Origin: Alphaproteobacteria bacterium
GTDB taxonomy: Bacteria; Pseudomonadota; Alphaproteobacteria; MPNO01
Direction of reading: 5' to 3'
NCBI GenBank assembly: GCA_964291675.2
Contig: OZ219866.1
Location: 3,264,001-3,328,000 of the forward strand
Length of the DNA stretch: 64,000 nucleotides
The position numbers were made by a program, and so were the translations under genes. Positions within the stretch are counted from its first letter, which is position 1; each line of letters begins with the position of its first letter. Shown here piece after piece: positions 19,009 through 28,267 of this stretch. The notes below the pieces were generated by a model. The model searched no databases and was not told the origin of the DNA. It saw nothing but the letters and a program-made list of their open reading frames with translations.

Positions 19009-20409
19009 CTACACCACCGGCCAGCGCGAGATCGGCTTGACGTTGGCGCGCTCGATCAGCCGTGGCGCGAGCTCGCGGCAGCGCGCGTGCACCTCCCCGA
19101 GATCCATGGTGGCGAGCTCGCGGTTCTGCATCAGGATCCTGCCGTCGACCATCACCGTGTCGACGCAGTCGCCGCTCGCCGCATAGACCAGGCTGTAGAC
19201 CAGATTGTAGCTCGGCACCCATTCCGGGCGGTCGATGTCGAGCAGGATCAGGTCGGCCTTGCGGCCGGGCTCGACGGCGCCGAGCTCGTCCTCCCAGCCG
19301 GTCGCCCTGGCGCCGTCCAGCGTCGCCATCTCGATCACCTCTTCCGCGGTTATGACCTCCGGGTCGAGGCGCGCGTCCTTGGGCAGGGTGGCGGCGAGGA
19401 ACATCGCCTGGAACATGTCCTTGTGGTCGGCCGAGTTCACCCCGTCGCAGCCCAAGGCCACCGTCACCCCCTTCTCGCGCATCTCCAGGAACTTGCCCAT
19501 GCGGGTGGTCCCCTTGGCGAGCTTGAGCGCCGCCGGCGGGTTCTGGCACACCTTGGCGTCGGTCTCGGCCAGCATGTCGACCTCGAAGGATTCGACCGCC
19601 GTCATGTGGTTGAGATAGACGTTGGGGCCGAGCGCGCCGATCTCGTACATGTGCTCGACCGGGCGGTGGCCGGTCGCCCTGAGCTCGCTCGCCACCTCCT
19701 CCTGCGAGCTCGCCTTGTGCATCAGCGCGAAGGTGCCGTACTCGGCGGCGATCTCCTTGGCGCCCTTGGTCAGCGCGTCGGAGCAGGTGCCGACCCCCTC
19801 GATGGTGGCGAACACGCGGATGCGGCCGTCGGCCGAACGGTCCCAGCTGCGGATATTGGACTCGGTGATCTCCAGCGCCTCGTCCAGCGTCATGGGCAGG
19901 AAGTAGTCCGGGCATTTCTGCCCGTCCGGGCCGTCATGGTCCCACACCCAGCTCCCGGTGGTGGCCCGCATCCCGGTCTCCTCGATCGCTTTCAGCGTGC
20001 TGGCGAGGAACTTGCAGCCGGGCTCGACGAAGCAGGTGGTGCCCGAGCGGATCATCTCCGCCATCAGGCACTTGGCATACCAGTACTCGTCCTCCTCGGT
20101 GATCGCATCGAGATAGGGGTAGCACCAGTGCTTGAGCCAGTCGCTGGTCCGCAGGTTGTCCGGTATCAGCCCGCGCGCGAGCTCGATCAGATGGGCGTGG
20201 CCGTCGATCAGCCCCGGCATGACCAGCTTGAGCGAGGCGTCGACGGTTCGCGCCGCGCTGTAGGCGGCATCGAGCTCGGCCGTCTTGCCGACCGCGACGA
20301 TGCGGTCGCCCCGCACCGCCACCGCGCCGTCGGTGAGGATGCGCCGCTCCTCGTCGACGGTGAGGATCGTGCCGTTCCTGATCAGGATATCGACGGATTC
20401 GGGCGCCAT
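19009..20409 (-). CDS. Amidohydrolase family (AtzA / MTA-SAH deaminase-like)
   Basis: MPGLIDGHAH, SGTT, NHM, LGCDG, MATLDGA, GRKADL, TVMVDG. Confidence 0.88.
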   Translation of the reverse strand: MAPESVDILIRNGTILTVDEERRILTDGAVAVRGDRIVAVGKTAELDAAYSAARTVDASLKLVMPGLIDGHAHLIELARGLIPDNLRTSDWLKHWCYPYLDAITEEDEYWYAKCLMAEMIRSGTTCFVEPGCKFLASTLKAIEETGMRATTGSWVWDHDGPDGQKCPDYFLPMTLDEALEITESNIRSWDRSADGRIRVFATIEGVGTCSDALTKGAKEIAAEYGTFALMHKASSQEEVASELRATGHRPVEHMYEIGALGPNVYLNHMTAVESFEVDMLAETDAKVCQNPPAALKLAKGTTRMGKFLEMREKGVTVALGCDGVNSADHKDMFQAMFLAATLPKDARLDPEVITAEEVIEMATLDGARATGWEDELGAVEPGRKADLILLDIDRPEWVPSYNLVYSLVYAASGDCVDTVMVDGRILMQNRELATMDLGEVHARCRELAPRLIERANVKPISRWPVV

Positions 20410-20481
20410 GGCTGCCTCCCTGCTTGCGGGAAGCCTAGCCGCCGCCCGCGGGCGCGGCAATGCGGGCGGTGGGAGCTCCGC

Positions 20482-20946
20482 CTAGGCTTGCAGCGAAGCC
20501 AGAACGTCCTGTGGAGCCAGCTCGGGCAAAGCGAAAGGGTCGATCACCCTGACCTGGCCGAGTAGCTGGCCGTGCTGCAAATCCTCCGTCAGGAGCGCCG
20601 AACACGCACAGGAGTGCGCCGCCGCGACGATCAGGGCGTCCCACCACGACAGCATGTAGCGTTCCTGGATTCGCCAGGCCCTTTCCAGGATCGCCAAGTC
20701 TATCGCTACCGGTTGCCATGGAGCGAGGTCGCGGACGATGGCGCGCGCCTTTTCGGCGTCGAAGGCCGGCTTCACCTTGCGCGTCAGCGTGGAGTAAAGC
20801 TCCTGCAGCACCTGGAAGCTGATGCGCGCGGCGCGGTGGTGCCCGAGATACGCGATCCAATTCTCGGCGCGGGACTGCTTGACCGGATCCGAATCGTGTT
20901 GCCAGTAGACGAGGACGTTGGTGTCAACGAGGACCGGGCCGGTCAT
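20482..20946 (-). CDS. vapC: PIN-domain toxin (VapC family)
   Basis: VDTNVLVY, QVLQE, SWWDALIVAAA, LLTEDLQHG. Confidence 0.9.
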   Translation of the reverse strand: MTGPVLVDTNVLVYWQHDSDPVKQSRAENWIAYLGHHRAARISFQVLQELYSTLTRKVKPAFDAEKARAIVRDLAPWQPVAIDLAILERAWRIQERYMLSWWDALIVAAAHSCACSALLTEDLQHGQLLGQVRVIDPFALPELAPQDVLASLQA

Positions 20947-21166
20947 ACAATTCCTCGCGCGTTGGCCGGCGTCCGTCGACCCAGCTAAACTTGCGCGGCT
21001 TGTGGGCCAGGAGTCGTTCCATAGCGAGGTCGTATTCGTCCTCCCTCCGCCGCATCCCTTCCAGCAGCTCGGCAAGCCATTTGGACACGCTGCGCTCATC
21101 CTGGGCGGCCCGGACCCGGAGCCACGCCGCAGTTTCTTCCGGCAATGTGACGGTGACGTTCTTCAT
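20924..21166 (-). CDS. Ribbon-helix-helix antitoxin (CopG/VapB-like)
   Basis: MKNVTVTLPEE...AA...SVS; C-terminal REELYDR; overlaps the PIN gene. Confidence 0.85.
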   Translation of the reverse strand: MKNVTVTLPEETAAWLRVRAAQDERSVSKWLAELLEGMRRREDEYDLAMERLLAHKPRKFSWVDGRRPTREELYDRPGPR

Positions 21167-21168
21167 GT

Positions 21169-21211
21169 CACGAATTTCGTGTAACACGAAACCCGTGTCA
21201 ACGGGTTTCGT
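21169..21211 (-). promoter_or_regulatory. Operator palindromes with TTGACA box upstream of the antitoxin
   Basis: Perfect 11-bp IR ACGAAACCCGT-GTCA-ACGGGTTTCGT (21186-21211) centred on TTGACA (minus strand); second palindrome CACGAA-T-TTCGTG next to the start codon. Confidence 0.65.
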
Positions 21212-21218
21212 ACGGGGG

Positions 21219-21425
21219 TCACCGCGCCGGCTGCGCGGCGAAGCGCCCGCGGATCTCCCCGCGCATCTCCGAGACCTCGCGGGCCAGATCGTCGACCTTG
21301 CCTTCGAGCCTGTCCACCCTGCTTTCGAGCCTGAGAAACAGCCGGAACATGAATATCGCGAACGTCCCGCCGGCGGCGAGCAGCGTCGCGAATCCGCCCA
21401 GCATGGTGACGATCTCGGCGCTCAC
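21219..21425 (-). CDS. Small membrane protein (one TM helix plus coiled coil)
   Basis: 68 aa; hydrophobic N-half, heptad-like RLESRVDRLEGKVDDLAREVSEMRGE. Confidence 0.6.
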   Translation of the reverse strand: MSAEIVTMLGGFATLLAAGGTFAIFMFRLFLRLESRVDRLEGKVDDLAREVSEMRGEIRGRFAAQPAR

Positions 21426-21502
21426 GTCTCAACCATAGCGGGTATTGCTTCCGTCATCCAGCCGCGATCCGCCGGCGCGGCGACGCGTGGTAATCTGGCG
21501 TC

Positions 21503-22108
21503 ATGAAGGACCCCTACGAAGTGCTCGGCATCGAGCCCGGCGCGACGCTGGACGAGGTCAAGCGCGCCTACCGGGCGCTCGCCAAGGCGCTGCACCCCGA
21601 CGCCAACCCGGGCGATAGGGTGGCGGCCAACCGGTTCCGCGAGGCGACGGAAGCCTACGACCTGCTGAGCGATCCCGGGCGCCGGGCCGAGTTCGATTCC
21701 GGCGGCTGGCGGCGCGGCCATGCCGACGGGTTCGGGCCCGAGGGCGATGCGTTCCACTTCGACGACGGGATCGGCGAGCGCCCGATCGACCTGTTCGGCG
21801 ACATCGCCGGCAACCGGCGCGGCCGGGTGTTCGGCGCGGCCAGCACCTCGCTCGCCTTGCCCGGCGAGGATTTGGCCGAGACCGTCGGCATCACCCTCAG
21901 GGAGGCGGAGGAGGGGACCCGCAAGGTGGTCGAGCTGGTCACCGGGGCGCGGGTCGAGGTGATCGTCGCCCCCGGCACCGAGAGCGGCCGCACGCTGACC
22001 TTCGAGGGGCTGGGCCTGCCCGGGATCGGCGGCGCGCCGCCCGGCAACCTCAACGTGGTGGTCGAGATCCTGCCCGCGCCGATGCTCGACGGCGACGGCT
22101 CAGGCTGA
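21503..22108 (+). CDS. DnaJ domain protein (CbpA-like)
   Basis: DPYEVLG, KRAYR, HPD motif, AYDLLSD; partial C-terminal DnaJ domain. Confidence 0.9.
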   Translation: MKDPYEVLGIEPGATLDEVKRAYRALAKALHPDANPGDRVAANRFREATEAYDLLSDPGRRAEFDSGGWRRGHADGFGPEGDAFHFDDGIGERPIDLFGDIAGNRRGRVFGAASTSLALPGEDLAETVGITLREAEEGTRKVVELVTGARVEVIVAPGTESGRTLTFEGLGLPGIGGAPPGNLNVVVEILPAPMLDGDGSG

Positions 22109-22975
22109 GCGGGTCATGCGGGCGTCGCGCCAGGTGCAGTAATAGGTGCAGCCGAAAAGCAGCGCGGCCCCCACCCAGGTCCAGACGCTCGGCAGCTCGT
22201 CGAAGAACACGAAGCCGATCAGCGCCACCATCGGCAGCCTCAGATAGAGCACCGGCGAGACCAGGCTCGCCTCCGCCGCGGCGAGCGAGTTGGTGATGCA
22301 GACCTGCGCGCCCAGCGCGGCCATGGCGAAGGCGAGGATCCACGGAATGTCGGCGAGCGTCGGCGTCACCCAGGTGACCGCCGCCGGGATCGCCGCGATC
22401 GGAATCTGCATGACGAAGCCGTAGAACAGGATGGTGCGAATGCCGTCGTCCCGTGCCAGAAAGCGGGTCGAGACGTCCACCACCCCGAACAGCAGCGCCG
22501 CGGCGAGCGCGATGGCGACGCCCGCGTTCACCTCCGCGAAGCCCGGGCGGACGATGATCAGCACGCCGACGAAGCCGAGCACGGTTGCGATCCAGCGATG
22601 CGCGTAGGCGCGCTCCTTGAGCAGGATGACCGCGAAGATCAGGGTGAAGATCGGCAGGGTGAACTGGAGCGCCACCGCATCGGCGATGGTGATCAGCCGC
22701 ACCGCGTAGTAGCCGCAGAACATCGCCGAATAGGCGAACGCGGCGCGCACGGCATAGAGCCGGAGATTGTTCGTCCTGAGCCCCGCCCGCCCGACCCGGG
22801 CGAGCCAGGGCAGGAGCACCGCGATCCCGAAGACCAGGCGGAAGACGACGATCTCGAATGTCGAGTAGGTGGCCGACAGATGGCGGACCAAAGCGAGCGC
22901 CACCGAGAAGGCGACCGCCGCGCCGAACATCCAGAGCACCCCGACGACCGGGTTGTGGCGACCGGCCAAGCTCAC
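22100..22975 (-). CDS. DMT (EamA) family transporter
   Basis: About 10 TM segments; FEIVVFR, FTLPIF...LKER, GFVGVLIIVRPG; GTG start overlaps the upstream TGA. Confidence 0.88.
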   Translation of the reverse strand: MSLAGRHNPVVGVLWMFGAAVAFSVALALVRHLSATYSTFEIVVFRLVFGIAVLLPWLARVGRAGLRTNNLRLYAVRAAFAYSAMFCGYYAVRLITIADAVALQFTLPIFTLIFAVILLKERAYAHRWIATVLGFVGVLIIVRPGFAEVNAGVAIALAAALLFGVVDVSTRFLARDDGIRTILFYGFVMQIPIAAIPAAVTWVTPTLADIPWILAFAMAALGAQVCITNSLAAAEASLVSPVLYLRLPMVALIGFVFFDELPSVWTWVGAALLFGCTYYCTWRDARMTRSA

Positions 22976-25287
22976 CCGCCGCCGTTCAGCGCCCGCCAGA
23001 TGCGCTCCGGCGTGGCGGGCAGCGGGACATCCGCCACCCCGCGCGCGGCGAGCGCGTCGGCGACGGCGTTCAGCGTCGCCGGCAGCGCGCCGGTCGGCCC
23101 CGATTCGCCCACCCCCTTGGCGCCGATCGGATTGGAGGCGGTGGGAACTCCCGCGCTCGCCACCGCGAAGGCGGCGAGGTCGTCCGCGCGCGGCAGGGCG
23201 TAGTCCAAGAACGAGCCGGTCAGCAACTGTCCGCTCTCCGGGTCGGAGCGGATCTCCTCCATGAGCGCCTGACCGATCCCCTGGGCGATGCCGCCATGCA
23301 GCTGCCCGGCATAGAGCATCGGGTTGATCACCCGCCCGGCGTCGGAGATCCCGACATAGGCGACGACCTCGACGGCGCCGGTCTCGGGGTCGATCTCGAC
23401 CTCGCAGACCTGCGCCGAGCTCGGCCAGTTCCAGTACCGCGGCGCGTACCGGGCAGCGGCGTCGAGACCGGGTTCGAGCCCGTCCGGCAAGGGTTCCGCC
23501 GCGGCGGCGGCGATTTCTGCGAGGGTGACCGACCGGTCGGTGCCGGCGACCGCGAATCGCGCTTCCCCATAGGCTATGTCCGCCTCGGCCGCTTCCAGCA
23601 TGTGTGCGGCGATTCGCTTCCCCTTGCCGATCACCTTGTCGGCGGCGAGGCGGATCGCCGATCCGGCGATCGCCGTCGAGCGCGAGTTGAAGGTGCCGCG
23701 GCCGTGGGCGACGAGGTCGGTGTCGCCCTGGACGAAGCGGATGTCGCCCGGCGAAACACCGAGGCACTCGCACAATATCTGCCGGAAGATCGTTGCATGG
23801 CCCTGGCCGTGATCGACCGTTCCGGTCGCGAGCGTCAGCACGCCCGAGGGGTCGATGCGGATCTCGGCGGTCTCGACGATCGGGGTCGAGGTCTTCTTGA
23901 CCGTGTTGGCGAAGCCGAAGCCGCGCAGCCTGCCGCGCGCTTCCGCCGCGCGTCTTCGCGCCGGGAACCCTTCATGGTCGGCCGCTTCCAGCGCGCGCTC
24001 GAGATTGGCCGGGAAGTCGCCGCAATCGTAGACATAGCCGAGCGCGTTGGTCCACGGCATGCGGTCGGGCGTGACGGTGTTGATGCGCCTGAGCGCCGCC
24101 GCCGGCATCCCGAGCTCGCGGGCGGCGAGGTCGACCAGCCGCTCCAGCACGAACGCCGCCTCGGGCGCGCCCGAGCCGCGATAGGGCGAGGTCGGGGCGG
24201 TGTGTGTGTGCACGCCCCGTACCGCGACATGCACCGCCGGCGTGCGGTAGACCCCGGCGAGCGTGCCGAGATTGCCGACGGGCGGGCGCGGACCGCGGGT
24301 CGACAGGTAGGCGCCGAGATTGGCGGCGGTCGAGACCTGGAGCGCCACGAACCGCCCGTCGGCGTCGAGCCCGAGCGCGGCCTCGGTCGCGCATTCGCGC
24401 GCATGGTCGTCGCTCGCCATGCCCTCGGCGCGGGTCGAGAGCCATTTGACCGGGCGCCCGAGCTTGCGCGCCGCCCACAGCACCAGGACCATCTCCGGGT
24501 AGTTGGGCCCGCGCGTCCCGAAGCTGCCGCCGATGTCGCCGCACACGACGCGGACCCGGGCTTCCGCCACGCCGAACACCGCGCGGGCGAGATCCCGCCG
24601 CAGCGTATGCGGGTTCTGCGCCCCCGAATGGAGGGTGTAGCGGCCCTCATGCCGGTCATAGGCGCCGATGCAGCCGCGCGGCTCGATCATCGCCCCGGTG
24701 ATCCGGTTGACCGCGAAGCGGCGGCGGACCACATGCGCCGCCCGCTCAAGCGCCGCCGCGACGGCACCGGCGTCGCCCTCCTCGTGGGCGAAGGCGACGT
24801 TGTCCGGGCAGAACGGCCACACCGCCGGCGCATGACGCCCGAGCGCCTGTTCGACGGTGGCGACCGAAGGCAGCGGCCGGTAATCCACGTCGATGCGTTC
24901 CGCCGCATCCATCGCGCGATCGAGGGTCTCGGCGACGACGAAGGCGACCGCGTCGCCCACGAACCGCACCCGGTCGCGGACCAGCGCAGGCCGCGGCGGG
25001 TCGATCATCGGCGTTCCGTCGGGCCGGTTGCGCCTGTCCTCGCAGGGCAGGCAGCCATGCTCGTCCGCCTCCCAGTCCCTGCCGTCGAGCACCGCGAGCA
25101 CGCCCGGCATGCGCGCCGCGTCCACCGTGTCGATCCCGGCGATCGCCGCATGCGCGTGGGGCGAGCGCAGCACGACGCCATGCGCGAGCCCGGAAAGGTC
25201 CAGGTCGTCGAGATAGCGCCCGCCGCCGGTCAGCAGCCGCCGGTCGTCCGCCCGGGCGACCGGGGCGCCGATCCCGTGTTCCGTCAT
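22972..25287 (-). CDS. Xanthine dehydrogenase family molybdopterin-binding subunit (CoxL form II-like)
   Basis: RSPHAHA, IGGSFG, PYRGSGAPE, HGQG, GSRS-like NSRS, GQLHGGIAQGIG, GAKGVGE. Confidence 0.92.
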   Translation of the reverse strand: MTEHGIGAPVARADDRRLLTGGGRYLDDLDLSGLAHGVVLRSPHAHAAIAGIDTVDAARMPGVLAVLDGRDWEADEHGCLPCEDRRNRPDGTPMIDPPRPALVRDRVRFVGDAVAFVVAETLDRAMDAAERIDVDYRPLPSVATVEQALGRHAPAVWPFCPDNVAFAHEEGDAGAVAAALERAAHVVRRRFAVNRITGAMIEPRGCIGAYDRHEGRYTLHSGAQNPHTLRRDLARAVFGVAEARVRVVCGDIGGSFGTRGPNYPEMVLVLWAARKLGRPVKWLSTRAEGMASDDHARECATEAALGLDADGRFVALQVSTAANLGAYLSTRGPRPPVGNLGTLAGVYRTPAVHVAVRGVHTHTAPTSPYRGSGAPEAAFVLERLVDLAARELGMPAAALRRINTVTPDRMPWTNALGYVYDCGDFPANLERALEAADHEGFPARRRAAEARGRLRGFGFANTVKKTSTPIVETAEIRIDPSGVLTLATGTVDHGQGHATIFRQILCECLGVSPGDIRFVQGDTDLVAHGRGTFNSRSTAIAGSAIRLAADKVIGKGKRIAAHMLEAAEADIAYGEARFAVAGTDRSVTLAEIAAAAAEPLPDGLEPGLDAAARYAPRYWNWPSSAQVCEVEIDPETGAVEVVAYVGISDAGRVINPMLYAGQLHGGIAQGIGQALMEEIRSDPESGQLLTGSFLDYALPRADDLAAFAVASAGVPTASNPIGAKGVGESGPTGALPATLNAVADALAARGVADVPLPATPERIWRALNGGG

Positions 25288-25315
25288 CGCGGACCGGCGC
25301 CGCGCGGGCGCTGCG

Positions 25316-26488
25316 CTATTCGGCCGCGACGAGCTCCGGCCGCTCGATATGCGATTCGTGCAGCGCCGGCATCACCTCGGCGGCGAACTTCTCCATGTTC
25401 CTGCGCGTGAGGTCGGCCGGCAGGGTGCCGAACTGGCAGAGCGCGAGCACGTTGCCGAGCGCCACCCGGCGCTGGCAGTCGAGCAGCTTCTCGCGCACCG
25501 TGTCCGGGCTGCCGATCACCACCACCTCGTCCTCGATCAGCGATTCCACGGTCTGGCTGCGGCTCAGGCTCGACTTGTGCTTGCGCACGTTCTTCAGCGA
25601 GGCGATCGAGGTGTAGCCCGGCGGCAGCAGCATCTCCGGCGGGTTGCGCAGGAACTTGTTGGCGAAGGCCTCGATATGCGGCCTCGCCTCGTCGCGCGCC
25701 TGCTCGTCGGTATCGGCGACATAGATCGGCACCAGCCAACCGAGCTGGTCGGGGCTCGCCTCGTAGCCGTGTTCGCGCGCCTTGTCGCGATAGGCGTCCA
25801 TGAACCGCTTGACCGCGCGGAACGGGCTGTAGGTCTGGAGGTAGGTGTATTTGCGGTCCGGGTGCGCGGTCCACTCGATGGTCTCGGTCGAGCCCTGCGA
25901 GGGGCACCAGATCGGCGGGTGCGGGTCCTGGTAGGGGCGCGGCCACAGATTGACGTATTCGAAATGGTAGTGCTCGCCCTCGAAGGAGAACGGGCCTTCC
26001 TCGGTCCAGGCGCGGATCACCAGATCGTGCGCCTCGTGGAAGCGGTCGTGCGAGAAGGCCGGGTTGGCGCCCATCGAGTAGTACTCGCAGCCGATGCCGC
26101 GCACCATGCCGCTGATCAGCCGCCCGCCTGAGATGCAGTCGATCATCGCATGCTCTTCGGCGAGCGTCAGCGGGTGCTCGCGGATGCCGAAGGCCGAGCC
26201 CACGATGGCGATCTTGACCCGCTCGGTGCGCCGCGCCAGCGCCGCCGCGGTGACGATCGGCGACGGCATGATGCCGTAGGCGTTCTGGTGGTGCTCGTTG
26301 ACGCAGAGCCCGTCGAAGCCGAGCTCCTCGCCGTATTCCAGCTCGTCGAGATAGCGATTGTAGAGCTCGTGTCCCTTCTTGGGGTCGAAATAGCTGTTCG
26401 GCAGCACCACCCAGGCCGAGCGGTACTTCTTGTCGTAGTCAAGGTCGAGATAGGCGTAGGGCATCAAATGAAAGAGGAAGACCTTCAT
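25316..26488 (-). CDS. LLM-class flavin-dependent monooxygenase (LuxA-like)
   Basis: EELGFDGLCVNEHH, PSP, AEEHAMID..SGGRL..G.VRG, PRPYQDPHPP. Confidence 0.88.
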   Translation of the reverse strand: MKVFLFHLMPYAYLDLDYDKKYRSAWVVLPNSYFDPKKGHELYNRYLDELEYGEELGFDGLCVNEHHQNAYGIMPSPIVTAAALARRTERVKIAIVGSAFGIREHPLTLAEEHAMIDCISGGRLISGMVRGIGCEYYSMGANPAFSHDRFHEAHDLVIRAWTEEGPFSFEGEHYHFEYVNLWPRPYQDPHPPIWCPSQGSTETIEWTAHPDRKYTYLQTYSPFRAVKRFMDAYRDKAREHGYEASPDQLGWLVPIYVADTDEQARDEARPHIEAFANKFLRNPPEMLLPPGYTSIASLKNVRKHKSSLSRSQTVESLIEDEVVVIGSPDTVREKLLDCQRRVALGNVLALCQFGTLPADLTRRNMEKFAAEVMPALHESHIERPELVAAE

Positions 26489-26591
26489 CGCGCGCATCCT
26501 GTCCTGTGGGCCCGGCGAGTGTAGGGGAACGGGGCGGGGCTCTCAACAAAGCGCCGGTGGGTCAACGCAATTCGACCGGTGTCCGTTGCGC

Positions 26592-26843
26592 CTATCCGCC
26601 GCCGGGAGTGCCTGTACGATCGACTGCGGCAGCCCCCCAGGCGAGGGCAGCCCGAACGTCCGCATCGCTCAGATAGGGATAGTCGGCCAGCAGCTCGGCC
26701 GGCGACACGCCGGACGCCAAAATCTGCAGGATATCGGAAACCCGAACCCGGGTTCCGCGAATACGCGGGCGTCCGCCGCAGATCGCGGGGTCGATGTCGA
26801 CTCGCCCCGAACCGGTCGGTAAATCGACGCCGGATGCGAGCAT
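26592..26843 (-). CDS. DUF433 antitoxin-like protein (orphan)
   Basis: DPAICGGRPRIRGTRV.V..IL, ELLADYPYLSDADVRAAL; ATG at 26843 after GGAGG, just downstream of the tRNA. Confidence 0.8.
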   Translation of the reverse strand: MLASGVDLPTGSGRVDIDPAICGGRPRIRGTRVRVSDILQILASGVSPAELLADYPYLSDADVRAALAWGAAAVDRTGTPGGG

Positions 26844-26859
26844 TTGCACCTCCGAATTC

Positions 26860-26946
26860 TGGTACGGGTGGCCGGACTCGAACCGGCAAGTCCTTGCGGA
26901 CAGCGGCTTTTGAGGCCGCCGCGTCTACCAATTCCGCCACACCCGC
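26860..26946 (-). tRNA. tRNA-Leu (anticodon CAA)
   Basis: 87 nt; acceptor GCGGGTG/CACCCGT, D-arm GCGGAATTGGTAGACGC, anticodon stem GCGGC-CTCAAAA-GCCGC, long variable arm, GCCGG-TTCGAGT-CCGGC, encoded CCA. Confidence 0.97.
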
Positions 26947-27072
26947 GACCCGCGCCGCACTGTGCCGCAAATCGCCTCGCATCTCAACGGATCGTTGCCG
27001 CGTGTGGCGCGGCCCATTGTCCTGACGTCTTGGCGGGAGCGCCAACACCCGCTCGTCATGCCACCCCCCTCC

Positions 27073-27121
27073 CGTCATGCCTGGCCCCCGGATCAAGTCC
27101 GGCGGTGTTCCGGCCATGTCG
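27073..27121. repeat. Single degenerate family-1 REP-like element
   Basis: CGTCATGCCTGGCCCCCGGATCAAGTCCGG...CCGGCCATG resembles the 4051-4098 element. Confidence 0.65.
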
Positions 27122-27197
27122 GGTGGGGGGACTTGGCGCGAGGGCACACGGGGTTCCGAAACAGGCACTATAGTCGCGGCGCGGCGGGGAGGGCGGC

Positions 27198-27779
27198 GTG
27201 CTGAGACGCCTGTACGACTGGACGATGGGGCTGGCCGGGCGCAAGCGTGCGGTCTGGGCGCTGGCGGCCGTGGCCTTCGTCGAGGGCTGGTTCTTCCCGA
27301 TCCCGCCCGACGTGCTGCTGATCCCGATGGTGCTGGCGGCGCGCGACCGGGCGTGGCGGTACGCGGCGGTCTGCACCGCGGCCTCGGTGGCGGGCGGGGC
27401 GTTCGGCTACGCCATCGGCCTGTTCCTGTTCGAGACGGCGGCGCGGCCGATTCTCGCCTTCTACGGCTACGGCGAGGCTTTTGCCGCGTTCGGCGCGCGC
27501 TACAACGAATGGGGCGCGTGGATCGTGTTCGGCGCGGGCTTCACCCCGTTCCCCTACAAGGTGGTCGCCATCGCGAGCGGCGCGACGCGGCTCGACCCGG
27601 CGGTTTTCGTTGCCGCCTCGGTGGTGGCGCGCGGGCTCCGCTTCCTCGTCGTGGCGGCGCTGCTCTACTGGATCGGCCCGCCGATCCGCGCCTTCATCGA
27701 ACGCCGGCTCGGGCTGGTGACCGCCGTCTTCGCCGCCCTCTTGCTTGGCGGCTTCGTCCTTGCCAAATACGCCCTGTGA
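27198..27779 (+). CDS. YqaA/DedA (VTT domain) membrane protein
   Basis: MLRRLYDW, FFPIPPD.LLIPM, SVAGG..GY.IG, TPFPYK. Confidence 0.9.
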   Translation: MLRRLYDWTMGLAGRKRAVWALAAVAFVEGWFFPIPPDVLLIPMVLAARDRAWRYAAVCTAASVAGGAFGYAIGLFLFETAARPILAFYGYGEAFAAFGARYNEWGAWIVFGAGFTPFPYKVVAIASGATRLDPAVFVAASVVARGLRFLVVAALLYWIGPPIRAFIERRLGLVTAVFAALLLGGFVLAKYAL

Positions 27780-28267
27780 CGATCGAGAAATCCGCCCCCG
27801 CCGCGATCCTCGCCGCCAGCGCCCTGATCCTCGGGACCGCGCTCGCCTCGCAATATGCCGGCGGGCTCGCGCCCTGCGAGCTCTGCATCTGGCAGCGCTG
27901 GCCCTACGCGGCGGCGATCGGGCTGTCGCTGGTGGCGCTGACCGCGCTGCGGCGCCCGGCCGCGCGCTCGGCCGTGGTCGCGCTCTGCGGGCTTGCCTTC
28001 GCGGTGGGCGGAGCGGTCGCGTTCTACCATCTCGGGGTGGAGCAGGGCTGGTTCCGCGGCCCCGCCGGCTGCTCGGCCGCGGCCATCGACGCAACGACGA
28101 TCGAGGAGCTGAGGCGCCAGCTCGAAGCGGCCCCCGTGGTGCGCTGCGACGAGGTACCATGGTCGCTGATGGGGATCTCGCTCGCCGGCTTCAACCTGAT
28201 CGCCTCGGCCGTGCTGGCAGCGGGCTGTTTCCTGCTCGTCGCGCGGTCCTGGCGGCGGCCCGCATGA
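27776..28267 (+). CDS. dsbB: Disulfide bond formation protein B family
   Basis: APCELCIWQRWP, YHLGVE, second Cys pair GC...RCD, GISLAG; GTG overlaps the upstream stop. Confidence 0.88.
   Translation: MTIEKSAPAAILAASALILGTALASQYAGGLAPCELCIWQRWPYAAAIGLSLVALTALRRPAARSAVVALCGLAFAVGGAVAFYHLGVEQGWFRGPAGCSAAAIDATTIEELRRQLEAAPVVRCDEVPWSLMGISLAGFNLIASAVLAAGCFLLVARSWRRPA

Noticed and set aside
24200-24210. (GT)5 run inside the coxL-like gene as a phase-variation tract
   Set aside because: Too short, encodes ordinary residues (VHTHT), and the frame is intact.
25316-26860. Genomic island integrated at tRNA-Leu(CAA)
   Set aside because: No integrase and no duplicated tRNA 3' end was seen downstream; only an orphan DUF433 gene follows the tRNA.
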